DNA from: a virus
Lineage: Duplodnaviria > Caudoviricetes
Direction: 5' to 3' (one strand)
IMG/VR virus record: IMGVR_UViG_3300038475_000025
Location: 1 to 32,032 of that record
DNA: 32,032 bases
Shown here: positions 17,986 through 27,364 of the stretch, piece by piece
Layout of the letters: each line of letters opens with the position of its first letter
How positions within the stretch are numbered: position 1 is the stretch's first letter
Translations under genes and position numbers: made by a program
Notes under the pieces: generated by a model
Database searches by the model: none
What the model was told of the DNA's origin: nothing
The model's input: the letters and a program-made list of their open reading frames with translations, nothing else

Positions 17986-18089
17986 GTGCCTGCCAAAGTA
18001 TGACAATCCCAAGCCAGTAACATCACTATTAGCATCACCATTACCGCGATGAGAACTGCGAAACCTATATCACCCCAAGTAGGCTTCAT
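17982..18089 (-). CDS. 35-aa single-TM micro-protein (MKPTWGDIGFAVLIAVMVMLIVMLLAWDCHTLAGT)
   Basis: Hand translation; GGAG RBS; starts 6 nt after the previous stop; fills the gap exactly. Confidence 0.6.
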   Translation of the reverse strand: MKPTWGDIGFAVLIAVMVMLIVMLLAWDCHTLAGT

Positions 18090-18095
18090 AGTTTG

Positions 18096-18248
18096 TTATC
18101 TCCACTCAACTCTATCAATGTAGTATCCAGTTATCATTATAGCAACACCCGTAAGCGCTAAAACTGGTAAATACAAAGTAGCTATGAATACAACCGCCGA
18201 CACAATCGTTACTGTACATGCTATACCTGCTTTGACTGTATCTTTCAT
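18096..18248 (-). CDS. 50-aa hydrophobic membrane micro-protein (MKDTVKAGIACTVTIVSAVVFIATLYLPVLALTGVAIMITGYYIDRVEWR)
   Basis: Hand translation; ATGA overlap with the upstream stop (translational coupling); long hydrophobic stretch of 1-2 TM. Confidence 0.65.
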   Translation of the reverse strand: MKDTVKAGIACTVTIVSAVVFIATLYLPVLALTGVAIMITGYYIDRVEWR

Positions 18249-19012
18249 GTCTGCTTTCCATTCGGTGGATGTGAACGCTTCGTGTCAACTGGATTCTCAT
18301 AAACCGACACTCGTTCCACGAACTGAAACAAACCCTTTCCCTCTGTTTCGTCCGTGATATCATTAACCAAGAACCGTGTAGGTATATCAATAGCTAAGAA
18401 ATTCTCCCGGTCAAACGTGTCACTTGAAATCTTCTGCTCCGCAAAAGCCAAAGTAAGCAAAGCCTTACTAACGGCATCTTCAGTCAACTCCTTGAATTCT
18501 GAAGACTGAATATCAATCCCAATGAACGGCTCATTCTTCTTATTCCGAACAATGGGATAGCGCTGTTTTTCAAGCTCTTCCGAAGTCTTAATTATCACGC
18601 CCAAGTCCCGGCGATACGAATGAAGCATTTTCAATTCCTCTTCGGTCAATACACGCTTCGTGCCCCTCAAAGGTTGCTTACCACGCGGCAAAATGCCAAG
18701 CTTTGTTGGCTGATCCTTCATAGCCTCCACATCAGGCTCCTGACCTGGAACAGGTGTTGACTGATCACCATTCTTTCCCATATTGAGTGGTGGAAGGTCA
18801 GACGGTAGTGAACTAGATGTCTTCTCCTTCGAAGGCTCCGCTACTTCATCAAACTGGATAAGCTCTGCCAATAATTCGTCATCAGTCTGTGGTTTACCAG
18901 TGGCTACGTTTTCTGCTATCTTGATAAAGAGAGCATCTTCCTTTGCCATGATCATGACAGTAGACGACTCCAAATCGTACTTCTCGCCGTTGACTATTAA
19001 AGTGCGTTTCAT
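18245..19012 (-). CDS. Hypothetical protein (255 aa)
   Basis: ATGA-coupled to the upstream gene, AGGAG RBS. Confidence 0.7.
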   Translation of the reverse strand: MKRTLIVNGEKYDLESSTVMIMAKEDALFIKIAENVATGKPQTDDELLAELIQFDEVAEPSKEKTSSSLPSDLPPLNMGKNGDQSTPVPGQEPDVEAMKDQPTKLGILPRGKQPLRGTKRVLTEEELKMLHSYRRDLGVIIKTSEELEKQRYPIVRNKKNEPFIGIDIQSSEFKELTEDAVSKALLTLAFAEQKISSDTFDRENFLAIDIPTRFLVNDITDETEGKGLFQFVERVSVYENPVDTKRSHPPNGKQT

Positions 19013-19311
19013 ATGACTCCTGCCATTATTGCACCATTGATTTTGAGAGGATAACCACCGGCTGATGCGTTGTCAAATGGTATCTCGTACACCTGCAGAT
19101 TCAGAATATTCGCAAGAAAAAACCTACGAATATGATCATTCATACTCGTATCCCACAACCAGAGAAATCCAGTATCTGCACTGATTTCTACTACGCCACC
19201 TGTGTGAACAACCGTTGCTTGGTCACCACTGGTTTTTTGATAAGTGATGCTAACCTGCATCCGCTTCATAGCGGCATCGACTAGCGCCTGAAAATCTGTG
19301 TCAGCAAGCAT
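19009..19311 (-). CDS. Stand-alone WYL-like (Sm/SH3 beta-barrel) protein
   Basis: VSITYQKTSG...FLWLWD...IRRFFLANILNLQV matches the WYL pattern hxhxY...G...wylxa.d...RxFxlxrI; GAGG RBS. Confidence 0.55.
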   Translation of the reverse strand: MLADTDFQALVDAAMKRMQVSITYQKTSGDQATVVHTGGVVEISADTGFLWLWDTSMNDHIRRFFLANILNLQVYEIPFDNASAGGYPLKINGAIMAGVI

Positions 19312-19329
19312 ATTATGACCTCATATTTT

Positions 19330-19358
19330 AATGTACGAAATTTTTCGATCAATGTCAA
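19330..19358 (-). promoter_or_regulatory. Sigma70-type promoter TTGACA-17-TACATT with palindromic spacer
   Basis: Minus strand: TTGACA ttgatcgaaaaatttcg TACATT; CGAAA-N2-TTTCG inverted repeat at 19336-19347. Confidence 0.8.
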
Positions 19359-19369
19359 GTTTCATCAAG

Positions 19370-21322
19370 CTAACGTCCTTTGATTCGATCCAACACTTTA
19401 GCCGATCCAAAATTTGCAAATGAAGTTCCACGATATGCTAGGTTGCCACCCATCATTGGCTGAATCGTTTTGGGTCTGGTGGTCGGAGCCAAATTCATCT
19501 TCACACGATCTTCTAAACTCTGTCTGGTCGGACTCTGAAGTAACGACAACCGATGTATCAAATTGGCTACACTATCCGCGTAGTCGTCATGCATACATGG
19601 CCCACTCGATGGATGGGAATAATAGACAGTTCCTCCAGCAATGTACCTTTGTAGATATTTCAACTCTGTCTTCCACATCTGTAGACAGCCGTTGGTGTCC
19701 TGGCTGTAACTCTTTATATGACCATTATTTGCCAGACCCAGGAATCCACCATACATTGCCGCTTTGTATGGATTGGTGTAGAAGGTCTCCAAACCAGGCA
19801 GTCCAAGTTTCTGAAGCGTAGACACAGCATTCGCACTATTCCACTGATCGTACACTATTTCCAGAACATACTGTCTGCCTATATCATTGACTAAATCCAC
19901 AATAAATGACAACACCTCATCGGAATCCACTGGAATCTTCTGAAACTCACCATTTCCTGCCGGAATCACCTTCTGGTGCCATCCCTGCAGTCCGTCAAGC
20001 CATAAGGGAGCCTTTCCTATCTGGTAATGACCCCAAGATACCACGTAAGCATCCGCTACCTTCTTCTTAGCCTGTCCACCAGGATCTACAGACACAATGA
20101 AACGACAATCTAAATTCTGAGCAACACGACACATAGGTACATCGGGTTGAGGAATAGCTTGAATTACGGTCTCGGAAATAAAGGCACCAGATGGGTTACC
20201 GAAGTGTGCTCCCCATTCCATGCTGGCACCTACAGGATCACTCAGGAAAGGTTCTTCCAGAGACTCCCTGGACATCTCCGGATTGCAATGCCATGTGGAA
20301 AGCTGCATCAGAGCCATATGCGCAGGTCTACGCGCATTCTCTGGATGTTCCTGTTCTATACCACCTGCTGCACAATACACAGCATAGAATTCTCCACCAC
20401 GCTCTCTAGGTGACGACTCATACAACACCCGACCTTCATCCTTGAAATCACGAACTGAAGGAGTCAGAGCCTTCTTCATGGCATAATCTGTCTGCTGCGT
20501 TTCCTCACCTAAGCTGTCACCTTCAATCACTGAATCAAACTTCGGACGTGCAAGGTGTGCGAACTCTGAGAAAATCAGTGTCTTAATTGCCTTACCACGA
20601 GATGTAGCGGCACGTGTGGTAACAGATTCAACAGTCAGCGATCCTTCCAAGAGAATTTTCTTTGGCTGACCACGTGGAATCTTAGCATTCTCTGCGGCAA
20701 TTATACGATTCTCATCCAGATCATGGGGAGTAAACAACCTAAGTTCAGCTTCGTTATACTTAGTCCAATCGAAATAAGGTTCAAAGAACTTACAGGCGCG
20801 AAGCCTATTCTTAGTGAAAGTGAACATATCACTTGCCTGCTCACCAGATGCAGCGACGTGGAGCACATAGATAGGTAAGCGGTCGATCAACTTGTAGTAT
20901 TCTTGCGGATCATACTTACAAATCAAAGAATACATTTCGTACGCCGCGATAAACGACATCAGCGTACTTTTGCCACCACGCCTTCCATCGACCAAACACA
21001 TCTCTGTAATAGGATTCGGATTGTCAAGATCCAACGTTATTTGCCACTCATTCTTTAGAATCCGAAGTATGGTTTCTTCTTCTGGAGTCGGTGGATGAGC
21101 ACCCCACAGACTATAGAATGTCTTCAACTGGACAGACTGCCACGGACGCGGGTCCATGCTCAAAAAATTGGGACTGGTTATAAAGTTAAACGCATCAACC
21201 TCTCGAATGCGTTTAGACTCCAATGTCTGTTTGATACCCCTTTTATCTGCGGCATTATCGAAACTTTGATGTACGTAGGATTCAAAAATAGGGGATGATG
21301 CTATGTCGTTTTGGACATTCAT
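19370..21322 (-). CDS. terL: Terminase large subunit
   Basis: PRPWQ adenine motif, Walker A GRRGGKST, Walker B-like LIFSEFAH, coupling motif ESSP, RNase H-fold VSVDPG / VYDQW / HDDYADS. Confidence 0.9.
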   Translation of the reverse strand: MNVQNDIASSPIFESYVHQSFDNAADKRGIKQTLESKRIREVDAFNFITSPNFLSMDPRPWQSVQLKTFYSLWGAHPPTPEEETILRILKNEWQITLDLDNPNPITEMCLVDGRRGGKSTLMSFIAAYEMYSLICKYDPQEYYKLIDRLPIYVLHVAASGEQASDMFTFTKNRLRACKFFEPYFDWTKYNEAELRLFTPHDLDENRIIAAENAKIPRGQPKKILLEGSLTVESVTTRAATSRGKAIKTLIFSEFAHLARPKFDSVIEGDSLGEETQQTDYAMKKALTPSVRDFKDEGRVLYESSPRERGGEFYAVYCAAGGIEQEHPENARRPAHMALMQLSTWHCNPEMSRESLEEPFLSDPVGASMEWGAHFGNPSGAFISETVIQAIPQPDVPMCRVAQNLDCRFIVSVDPGGQAKKKVADAYVVSWGHYQIGKAPLWLDGLQGWHQKVIPAGNGEFQKIPVDSDEVLSFIVDLVNDIGRQYVLEIVYDQWNSANAVSTLQKLGLPGLETFYTNPYKAAMYGGFLGLANNGHIKSYSQDTNGCLQMWKTELKYLQRYIAGGTVYYSHPSSGPCMHDDYADSVANLIHRLSLLQSPTRQSLEDRVKMNLAPTTRPKTIQPMMGGNLAYRGTSFANFGSAKVLDRIKGR

Positions 21323-22233
21323 TTATTACCAAGCATGGCTGAAAGAAGTTTCTGAATCTGACGTAACGGAAGAAGTAACTCAGTCTCGAAATATTGCTTT
21401 GTTCCGTCCAACCAACGGGCATTCAACACGTCACTATCCGGATAAATCTCCCTGATTAGATCGACACCAAAATCAGCGTAGCTGGCCAATCCCTGGCCAA
21501 CATCTTGCATATGTGTCCATATCTCGCTCACGAAAACGGTTGTCTTCGGATCAGCAGAACTCTTCGTAGTAGACTGAATAACTTCCGCCAAATGGAAAGC
21601 CATGGCCACAATTTCTTTATTCGTATCCTTGACCTGACTACGTTTCTTCTCAACAAGGGGATACAACTTATCAGTGACTATGTTACCCTGGTCATCTTTA
21701 GTTTCATGTGTATCCTTCATGATATCTGGAAGTTTGCCTGCTTCCAATTCAGCCAATTCCTGTCGCTGACTTGCGAGAATCCCCTCAGTGTTGGTAAACA
21801 ACTGAATCACTTTTTTGATGGCATCCAATTGTGCCGTATCTAAACTAAAATCACCATTCAACTTCTCAAGCACCTTCTCCTTAAGCCTATTATCCTTGTA
21901 GTTTATCTCAAGAAGCTTCCGATCCACATCCGACATCTTTTCCAATGCCGAATGCTCAAGATGCTTCTTGAAGTTATACTTATTAAGCAAAACACCCTTT
22001 TTGGTAGTCACAAGTGGTGAGTATATCTTGATAAGCTCTTCCTCATTCCTGGTCCCAAAAAGCAACTCAAGCGTCAACTCTATCAAAGAGTTCACTGGAA
22101 GTCTCTCACAACATTGACAACCCTTAGTTGTATCGTAAGGTTGAGAGTTCACAACGATAGTTGTAGGCGAATCAGTCTTAGAAATCGCATAAATCACGAT
22201 CTCTTCCGATTTTACAATTGATCCAGATGGCAT
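21319..22233 (-). CDS. Candidate terminase small subunit / DNA-binding protein
   Basis: Overlaps the terL start by 4 nt; N-terminal CQCC...KKHLEH putative Zn/HTH unit followed by helical coiled region; assigned mainly by position. Confidence 0.4.
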   Translation of the reverse strand: MPSGSIVKSEEIVIYAISKTDSPTTIVVNSQPYDTTKGCQCCERLPVNSLIELTLELLFGTRNEEELIKIYSPLVTTKKGVLLNKYNFKKHLEHSALEKMSDVDRKLLEINYKDNRLKEKVLEKLNGDFSLDTAQLDAIKKVIQLFTNTEGILASQRQELAELEAGKLPDIMKDTHETKDDQGNIVTDKLYPLVEKKRSQVKDTNKEIVAMAFHLAEVIQSTTKSSADPKTTVFVSEIWTHMQDVGQGLASYADFGVDLIREIYPDSDVLNARWLDGTKQYFETELLLPLRQIQKLLSAMLGNK

Positions 22234-22237
22234 ATAA

Positions 22238-22648
22238 TTAGAAAGAAAGGTTAGAATCCGAATTGTCGGACAAATCATCCGTTGCCTGGTTGTCGAAACT
22301 CAAAGCTGAAATTTCATCCAAACCATGGGCTAAGGCAGGGGAAACAACTTTTATCGAAGCAAGCTTAGGAAAAGAAGCATTAATGCGTGATGCAATCTCC
22401 TTGGCAGACACAGCATCATTCATGGGCCACAAAAGCATGGAGAACTTGTCAAAATCAAATCCAAATTCCCCAAAATTGTTCTTAGCCCATTCCAGCTTAC
22501 TTTCACCACGAAGGGCGTTACCGTCCAATGAGACATATTCGATGGGTTTATAAATATCCTTTGCGACAACAAGTGCTATCAGGTTGTCATCTTCGCAGAA
22601 TGCAAGCTTGCTGAATAGAAGGCTACTTCTCCAGTTTATTGAGGACAT
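22238..22648 (-). CDS. Hypothetical protein
   Basis: Co-oriented, tightly packed; contains SSLLFSK and SALSFDN motif variants. Confidence 0.7.
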   Translation of the reverse strand: MSSINWRSSLLFSKLAFCEDDNLIALVVAKDIYKPIEYVSLDGNALRGESKLEWAKNNFGEFGFDFDKFSMLLWPMNDAVSAKEIASRINASFPKLASIKVVSPALAHGLDEISALSFDNQATDDLSDNSDSNLSF

Positions 22649-22659
22649 ACATCACCAAA

Positions 22660-22848
22660 TTATGTTAGACACTCTTCTGCTTCACGTAACTTGGCCAAGT
22701 CCAGTTCATGCTGAATAAGAGATTGTTTTTGTGTTGGACTAAACTCAACAACTTTTCCACAACGACAAAGATGCTTCACATCCGTGTCGTCCATTCTAAA
22801 TCGTTTACCACAACAGCGACAAAGAGTTGATACGCTGATAAGTTTCAT
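22660..22848 (-). CDS. Small Zn-ribbon protein
   Basis: CRCCGK...CRCGK; start 1 nt after the upstream stop. Confidence 0.6.
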   Translation of the reverse strand: MKLISVSTLCRCCGKRFRMDDTDVKHLCRCGKVVEFSPTQKQSLIQHELDLAKLREAEECLT

Positions 22849-22849
22849 A

Positions 22850-24703
22850 TTATGCCCCCAGCATCTCAAGCGAAGATTCTATCTCTTCGTCAATCTGTGC
22901 CAGACCAGCAACGAATCTCGCCAACGCAGCCACAAGCGATTCATGAAGTGCACTTACCAAAATCATGGACGCTTCTGGAGCAAGCTTCTTTTCGGTCGAT
23001 GGCGTAACAGGGAATTCGTATAGCCTTCTCTTTGTGTACTCTCCACCTTGGGCAGTTTCAAGTTTTTCTTTGATTTCCTTGATCGTATTCGCAAGTTCCG
23101 CATCCAGTTTCAAAGCCTCATCGATGACTTGTGCGACGGTGACTTGTGGCTTGGTAACTGCAGGTTCCTGCAATCTCGCCCAAATAGTCTTAGCATAGTA
23201 CACAACTTTCTCTGCGGTCAAATCGATTTGTTTGTACGCCATCTCAATATAGGAAGTCAACATCTCTTCCTTTGATTTGATAGCGGGACCCCTAGCATCT
23301 TGCTCACGCTTAATAGATTCCTGATGCGGCTTGAGTGCCGCTGACAGATTATCTTTCAACTGCTTGAGTTCTTCCTGAGTGGCAAGCAATTTAGTGATAG
23401 CTTCCTTTTCCTTGCCTTTAGCTGGTGGGATCAGTGCCGGTTCCGTGTAAGAATCGGACTTTGGCGCAACTTTCCGTTCCTCCAGTGTTACTGGAGTTTC
23501 AGGACTTTTTTTTTGGGTAGTCTCACCCATTTCAATATCCCCAATCGCAGACAAACCAACATATTGCAAAATGGCAGTCTTCTCCACATCATATAACGGA
23601 TCATCATCCGGCTTTATCCGTTCACGTTCTGCCTCAAGACCACGCCCTTTGTAGTATTCGTCTTTTTCAGGATGCGCTAGAATATCACGAAATTCCTGGA
23701 TGGTCATGTGAGTTACGAACTGATACTTTTCGTTCTCGAACTTCTCACGATCTGCTACCTGGTGCTCATCCATCTCCTTCATTGTGACATTGTAGCCCTT
23801 ACCAGTATCCAGACCAACAGAATCATCCCGCTTTTGACCTTTCGGAAACTCAGTCATTCCAATGACCATATCCTTCTCTTTCCTTGGAGCTTCCACTGGA
23901 ATGTTATTAATCTTCGAATGACCAGAATCACCAGCATTTCTACTGGTTGGACTAAAGCTGATACCTCTTGCAAGCTTTGTAATCGATAAACCAGAGTTCT
24001 TCAAATGCACCATCTGGCGCTCTTCGTAGTTCTTCGGTCCAAATTCAGGCATTGCAGCACGAATATCTCTCCAACTCCTAGACTTGTGATCAACCTTCAT
24101 CATTGAGCGAGTGCTAGCTAGCAAATTCTTTGGCAACTCAGACAGTGGATGCATCTTGCCTTCAGCAACTTCTGGCAAACCTAACGGTGTATTCAAACCT
24201 TCGCGATCATCGTGCGACATAGCTTCCTCTCTCACTCCAGCAGGAAGCTCAACATCATTAACTACATCCGTTGGGTCTTGAAAAGATTGTTCAATAGATC
24301 GTTCAAGATGTTGTTTAGGAGAAGAATCAAACGTGTCACTACCATCGATTATGCTGTTAATATCACCTTCGATACCCTGCCGCTGTATGTCATCATCCTG
24401 TATAGCAGAGTCAATATCATCTAAATCGGTGTGCATGGAATCTCTCCTAATACTTGTCTTGAGCACAGGCTTCAGACCAGGCATTGTTCCTTGACCAGAA
24501 CTCTGATTCGTTTGCTGCATGGCATTCATCTGAGCTTCAGGAATCATGGATTCTTGCTGGGTATTCTTGTTTACAACTATTGACCCTTGCCCAGGAATAG
24601 CTTGTTTCACAGTATAGGTCTGACCATCTACCGTGTTTGTATATTCCTGATTTGTATTCGGATTAGGGGTCGGTGTAACATTTGTGTTTGGGACGCTATC
24701 CAT
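22850..24703 (-). CDS. Hypothetical acidic/coiled-coil protein, probable head-associated
   Basis: 617-aa ORF; Q/N-rich N-terminus, acidic middle, coiled-coil C-terminus. Confidence 0.7.
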   Translation of the reverse strand: MDSVPNTNVTPTPNPNTNQEYTNTVDGQTYTVKQAIPGQGSIVVNKNTQQESMIPEAQMNAMQQTNQSSGQGTMPGLKPVLKTSIRRDSMHTDLDDIDSAIQDDDIQRQGIEGDINSIIDGSDTFDSSPKQHLERSIEQSFQDPTDVVNDVELPAGVREEAMSHDDREGLNTPLGLPEVAEGKMHPLSELPKNLLASTRSMMKVDHKSRSWRDIRAAMPEFGPKNYEERQMVHLKNSGLSITKLARGISFSPTSRNAGDSGHSKINNIPVEAPRKEKDMVIGMTEFPKGQKRDDSVGLDTGKGYNVTMKEMDEHQVADREKFENEKYQFVTHMTIQEFRDILAHPEKDEYYKGRGLEAERERIKPDDDPLYDVEKTAILQYVGLSAIGDIEMGETTQKKSPETPVTLEERKVAPKSDSYTEPALIPPAKGKEKEAITKLLATQEELKQLKDNLSAALKPHQESIKREQDARGPAIKSKEEMLTSYIEMAYKQIDLTAEKVVYYAKTIWARLQEPAVTKPQVTVAQVIDEALKLDAELANTIKEIKEKLETAQGGEYTKRRLYEFPVTPSTEKKLAPEASMILVSALHESLVAALARFVAGLAQIDEEIESSLEMLGA

Positions 24704-24712
24704 TGGAATGCC

Positions 24713-25507
24713 TTATTGTTTTGGTATGGCCTGGAATTGTGTCGGGTCCGGCTTCCGGTAAATTGGTATATCACTACGCTTATGAACTTCACGCGAAGGC
24801 TTCTCGAACTGTAGACCCTTCAACATTTCAGCAACAGATTCCTTCGTGAATGAATGTTCATTGCCATCGGCATCCTTGAACGTCTTCGGCAAAACAAACT
24901 TATCACCTGGATCGATACCGATTGTCGCAACCACTTCCTTGTTCAAACGTGGGCCAACCATCCATCTAATGGCGGCAGTGATCTCACGAAACCCCACAAA
25001 ATGCTTGCCTTCCATCGAAGCGTTCTTTGCCTGGAGATAACGTGCTCTCGCGCCATACATCCCCATATCATGAGCCATATTAGTCAACGCCTGAAGTGCC
25101 TTGTACTGGAGATGACGATTGATAGTAGAATCAGCCATCCATGCAGGATGTATCTCTTTCTCACGCTGATCTATTTCACGCAATGAAGTCTCCTTCAATG
25201 CTGCCACAGTATGAATACCAAGTGTTTCAGGTTTTGCAAGTACCCTGACCTGCTTGTGAATCACAAGTGGCTGACCCCAATCATCTACAGGAGCCTTGTC
25301 TTGAGCAAGCTGTGCCACAACCGACTGGCTTTCTGCGCTGATCACATGTCCCTTACTGTCTCGATAACTGAGAACCATGAGCTTGCTACCAGCTTCTTTC
25401 TGCAATGGCTCTTGCCCTGCAACCTTAGCCTGTGTATCTTTTGCGGCTTCAACCACTGCCTGTGGGTCAAACCATTTCGGCATAAGTGACTTGTTTTTGT
25501 ACGGCAT
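24713..25507 (-). CDS. Hypothetical protein
   Basis: 264-aa ORF with GGAG RBS, in operon. Confidence 0.7.
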   Translation of the reverse strand: MPYKNKSLMPKWFDPQAVVEAAKDTQAKVAGQEPLQKEAGSKLMVLSYRDSKGHVISAESQSVVAQLAQDKAPVDDWGQPLVIHKQVRVLAKPETLGIHTVAALKETSLREIDQREKEIHPAWMADSTINRHLQYKALQALTNMAHDMGMYGARARYLQAKNASMEGKHFVGFREITAAIRWMVGPRLNKEVVATIGIDPGDKFVLPKTFKDADGNEHSFTKESVAEMLKGLQFEKPSREVHKRSDIPIYRKPDPTQFQAIPKQ

Positions 25508-25536
25508 AGCGATATCTCCTTGGATTTGATTTCTCG

Positions 25537-27120
25537 TTAAAACGTAACAGGGCTTTCCGTTTGATTGAAGTCAGATTTTGGCTGACCACCCATCGGTGCA
25601 CCTGGCGCTGCGGGACCTGCACCCGGTGCTGCTGGTGGCTGTTGTCCTGGCGGCTGCATCGGTGGCTGCTGACCTTGAACAGCTTGGTCAATAGCATCCA
25701 CTGCCTGTGACTTGTCCATCTTCACCGTCACGCTGCCATCACCTGGATCAACAGAAATATTGTACTTGGGCTTCACACCACCACCTGGAGCATTACTATC
25801 ATAAACAGGCTGCGGCTTAGAAGTATCCGCAGTCGGTGGTTGACCTGGTTGGAGTTCTGGATTTGGCGGTTGGGGTCCACCTTGATTAGACCCCTCTCCA
25901 CTTTCATTCTGCGATTCTTTGTTCGTCCAATTCATCGGCGGAACCTGATCTGACACATCAACGGCTAATGCCTTGATAATGTCATCGTCATCAGACTTGC
26001 CAGCTTCTGCCACGATGTGATAAACACGAATCATAGTACCCGGCTGATCCGGACGCTGGAACTTCGTACCCAACTTAGGAACGAACGGCAAATCAACGCG
26101 AAGTCCCTGTTCGTTTATGTAGTAATACTTGGTTGGATAATTGGCGAATTTCTGAGCCATGATCGTTGCAGCTTGCTGACCATAAACAGTCATCGTGTGA
26201 ATAGTCGAAGCCATCGGTGGTTGTGGCCCACCTGCACCTGGCCCACCAGCAGGTGTTGGTACTGGTGGAGCACCTGGACCGCCTGGACCCTTGGGTTCTG
26301 CTCCTTCTTCTGCTGGAGCCTCTTCCTCTGGAGCTTCCTTTTTCTCTTCAGGTGCTCCTGGCGCTGCTGGTTCTTTTCCAGCACCACCTGCATTCTCTTC
26401 AACACTTTCGAAGAACTGTTGACCCTTTGCAAGATCATTGAATTCAACAGTAACCTTGGCTGTACCACCCTGTCCTGACTGGTCAAGATTCAAATTCTTG
26501 TTCAAAACACCAGGTGCGATAGGAACCGCGTTCTTCTTTGGCGCTGGCGGGGCACCAGGTTCAGCAGCCTGAGATCGAATAGCCGCCTCTTTCTCTTCCT
26601 TCTTTTCTTCAACTTCACCCTTGTTGCACTTCGGGCACTTACCCTGCGTCATCTTAGTTTCACACTTCGGGCAGTATTGCATGTATGATTTCTTTACCTT
26701 ATCCGATTCCTCTTCTTTCTCATCCTCCTTTTCGTCCTTTTTCTCACTCTGCGATTCCTTCTCGTCAGATACAACTTTCAACGATGAAGCCACATCACGC
26801 ATAATATCGTCATCATCTGTCGTATAGGCAACAATCCATTCAGCCTTCACACCAGTCTTCGGATCAATCATCATCTCCTTCTTCCAAATAGCAGGAAGTG
26901 ACTCGTCATCTGCTGAAATCCGAACAAGACCAAATCCTATGTCGTGCATTCCAGGATAAAGCTTTGCAGCCTTCTCCAAAAGCATACGACCACTCTTTGG
27001 ATCTACATCATCGGCAGTCTTCGCCACCGGATATTGATTCAATCGTGCAAGAGCACCTTTGATGATATTTGCTGACATGACCGACATTTGGTCGTGACGC
27101 TTCGTGGGCATGGAAGACAT
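25537..27120 (-). CDS. Pro/Gly/Glu-rich modular protein with internal Zn ribbon, probable head-associated
   Basis: ATG 27120 (MSSMPTK) with CAGGAG RBS; CPKC...CPKC; two Pro-rich tails. Confidence 0.7.
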   Translation of the reverse strand: MSSMPTKRHDQMSVMSANIIKGALARLNQYPVAKTADDVDPKSGRMLLEKAAKLYPGMHDIGFGLVRISADDESLPAIWKKEMMIDPKTGVKAEWIVAYTTDDDDIMRDVASSLKVVSDEKESQSEKKDEKEDEKEEESDKVKKSYMQYCPKCETKMTQGKCPKCNKGEVEEKKEEKEAAIRSQAAEPGAPPAPKKNAVPIAPGVLNKNLNLDQSGQGGTAKVTVEFNDLAKGQQFFESVEENAGGAGKEPAAPGAPEEKKEAPEEEAPAEEGAEPKGPGGPGAPPVPTPAGGPGAGGPQPPMASTIHTMTVYGQQAATIMAQKFANYPTKYYYINEQGLRVDLPFVPKLGTKFQRPDQPGTMIRVYHIVAEAGKSDDDDIIKALAVDVSDQVPPMNWTNKESQNESGEGSNQGGPQPPNPELQPGQPPTADTSKPQPVYDSNAPGGGVKPKYNISVDPGDGSVTVKMDKSQAVDAIDQAVQGQQPPMQPPGQQPPAAPGAGPAAPGAPMGGQPKSDFNQTESPVTF

Positions 27121-27124
27121 AGTA

Positions 27125-27280
27125 TTATACTCCTGTCGTGTGGTTGTAACAAGCAATGCATACCTTGCCAGCCATCGTCTGTATCAAGTCTTTTTCATAG
27201 ACCGGGTGATGGCAGGCTGGACATTCAACTTGTTTATCCTGTGCCGTGTTGATCACGGCTGTGACTTGTTTGGTAAGCAT
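27125..27280 (-). CDS. 51-aa Zn-finger micro-protein (MLTKQVTAVINTAQDKQVECPACHHPVYEKDLIQTMAGKVCIACYNHTTGV)
   Basis: Hand translation; CPAC...CIAC; ends 4 nt before the next start; below the ORF-track cutoff. Confidence 0.7.
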   Translation of the reverse strand: MLTKQVTAVINTAQDKQVECPACHHPVYEKDLIQTMAGKVCIACYNHTTGV

Positions 27281-27298
27281 ACGTTGATCCGTTCATCC

Positions 27299-27340
27299 AA
27301 TAAATACGAAATCCCACCATCTTTTTATAGTGGGATTTCG
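27299..27340 (-). terminator. Intrinsic terminator
   Basis: Perfect 11-bp stem CGAAATCCCAC/GTGGGATTTCG (27307-27317, 27330-27340), extendable by 3 pairs on the minus strand, followed by TATTTATT. Confidence 0.75.
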
Positions 27341-27364
27341 ATAGAAAATGAACAATAGGCGGAA

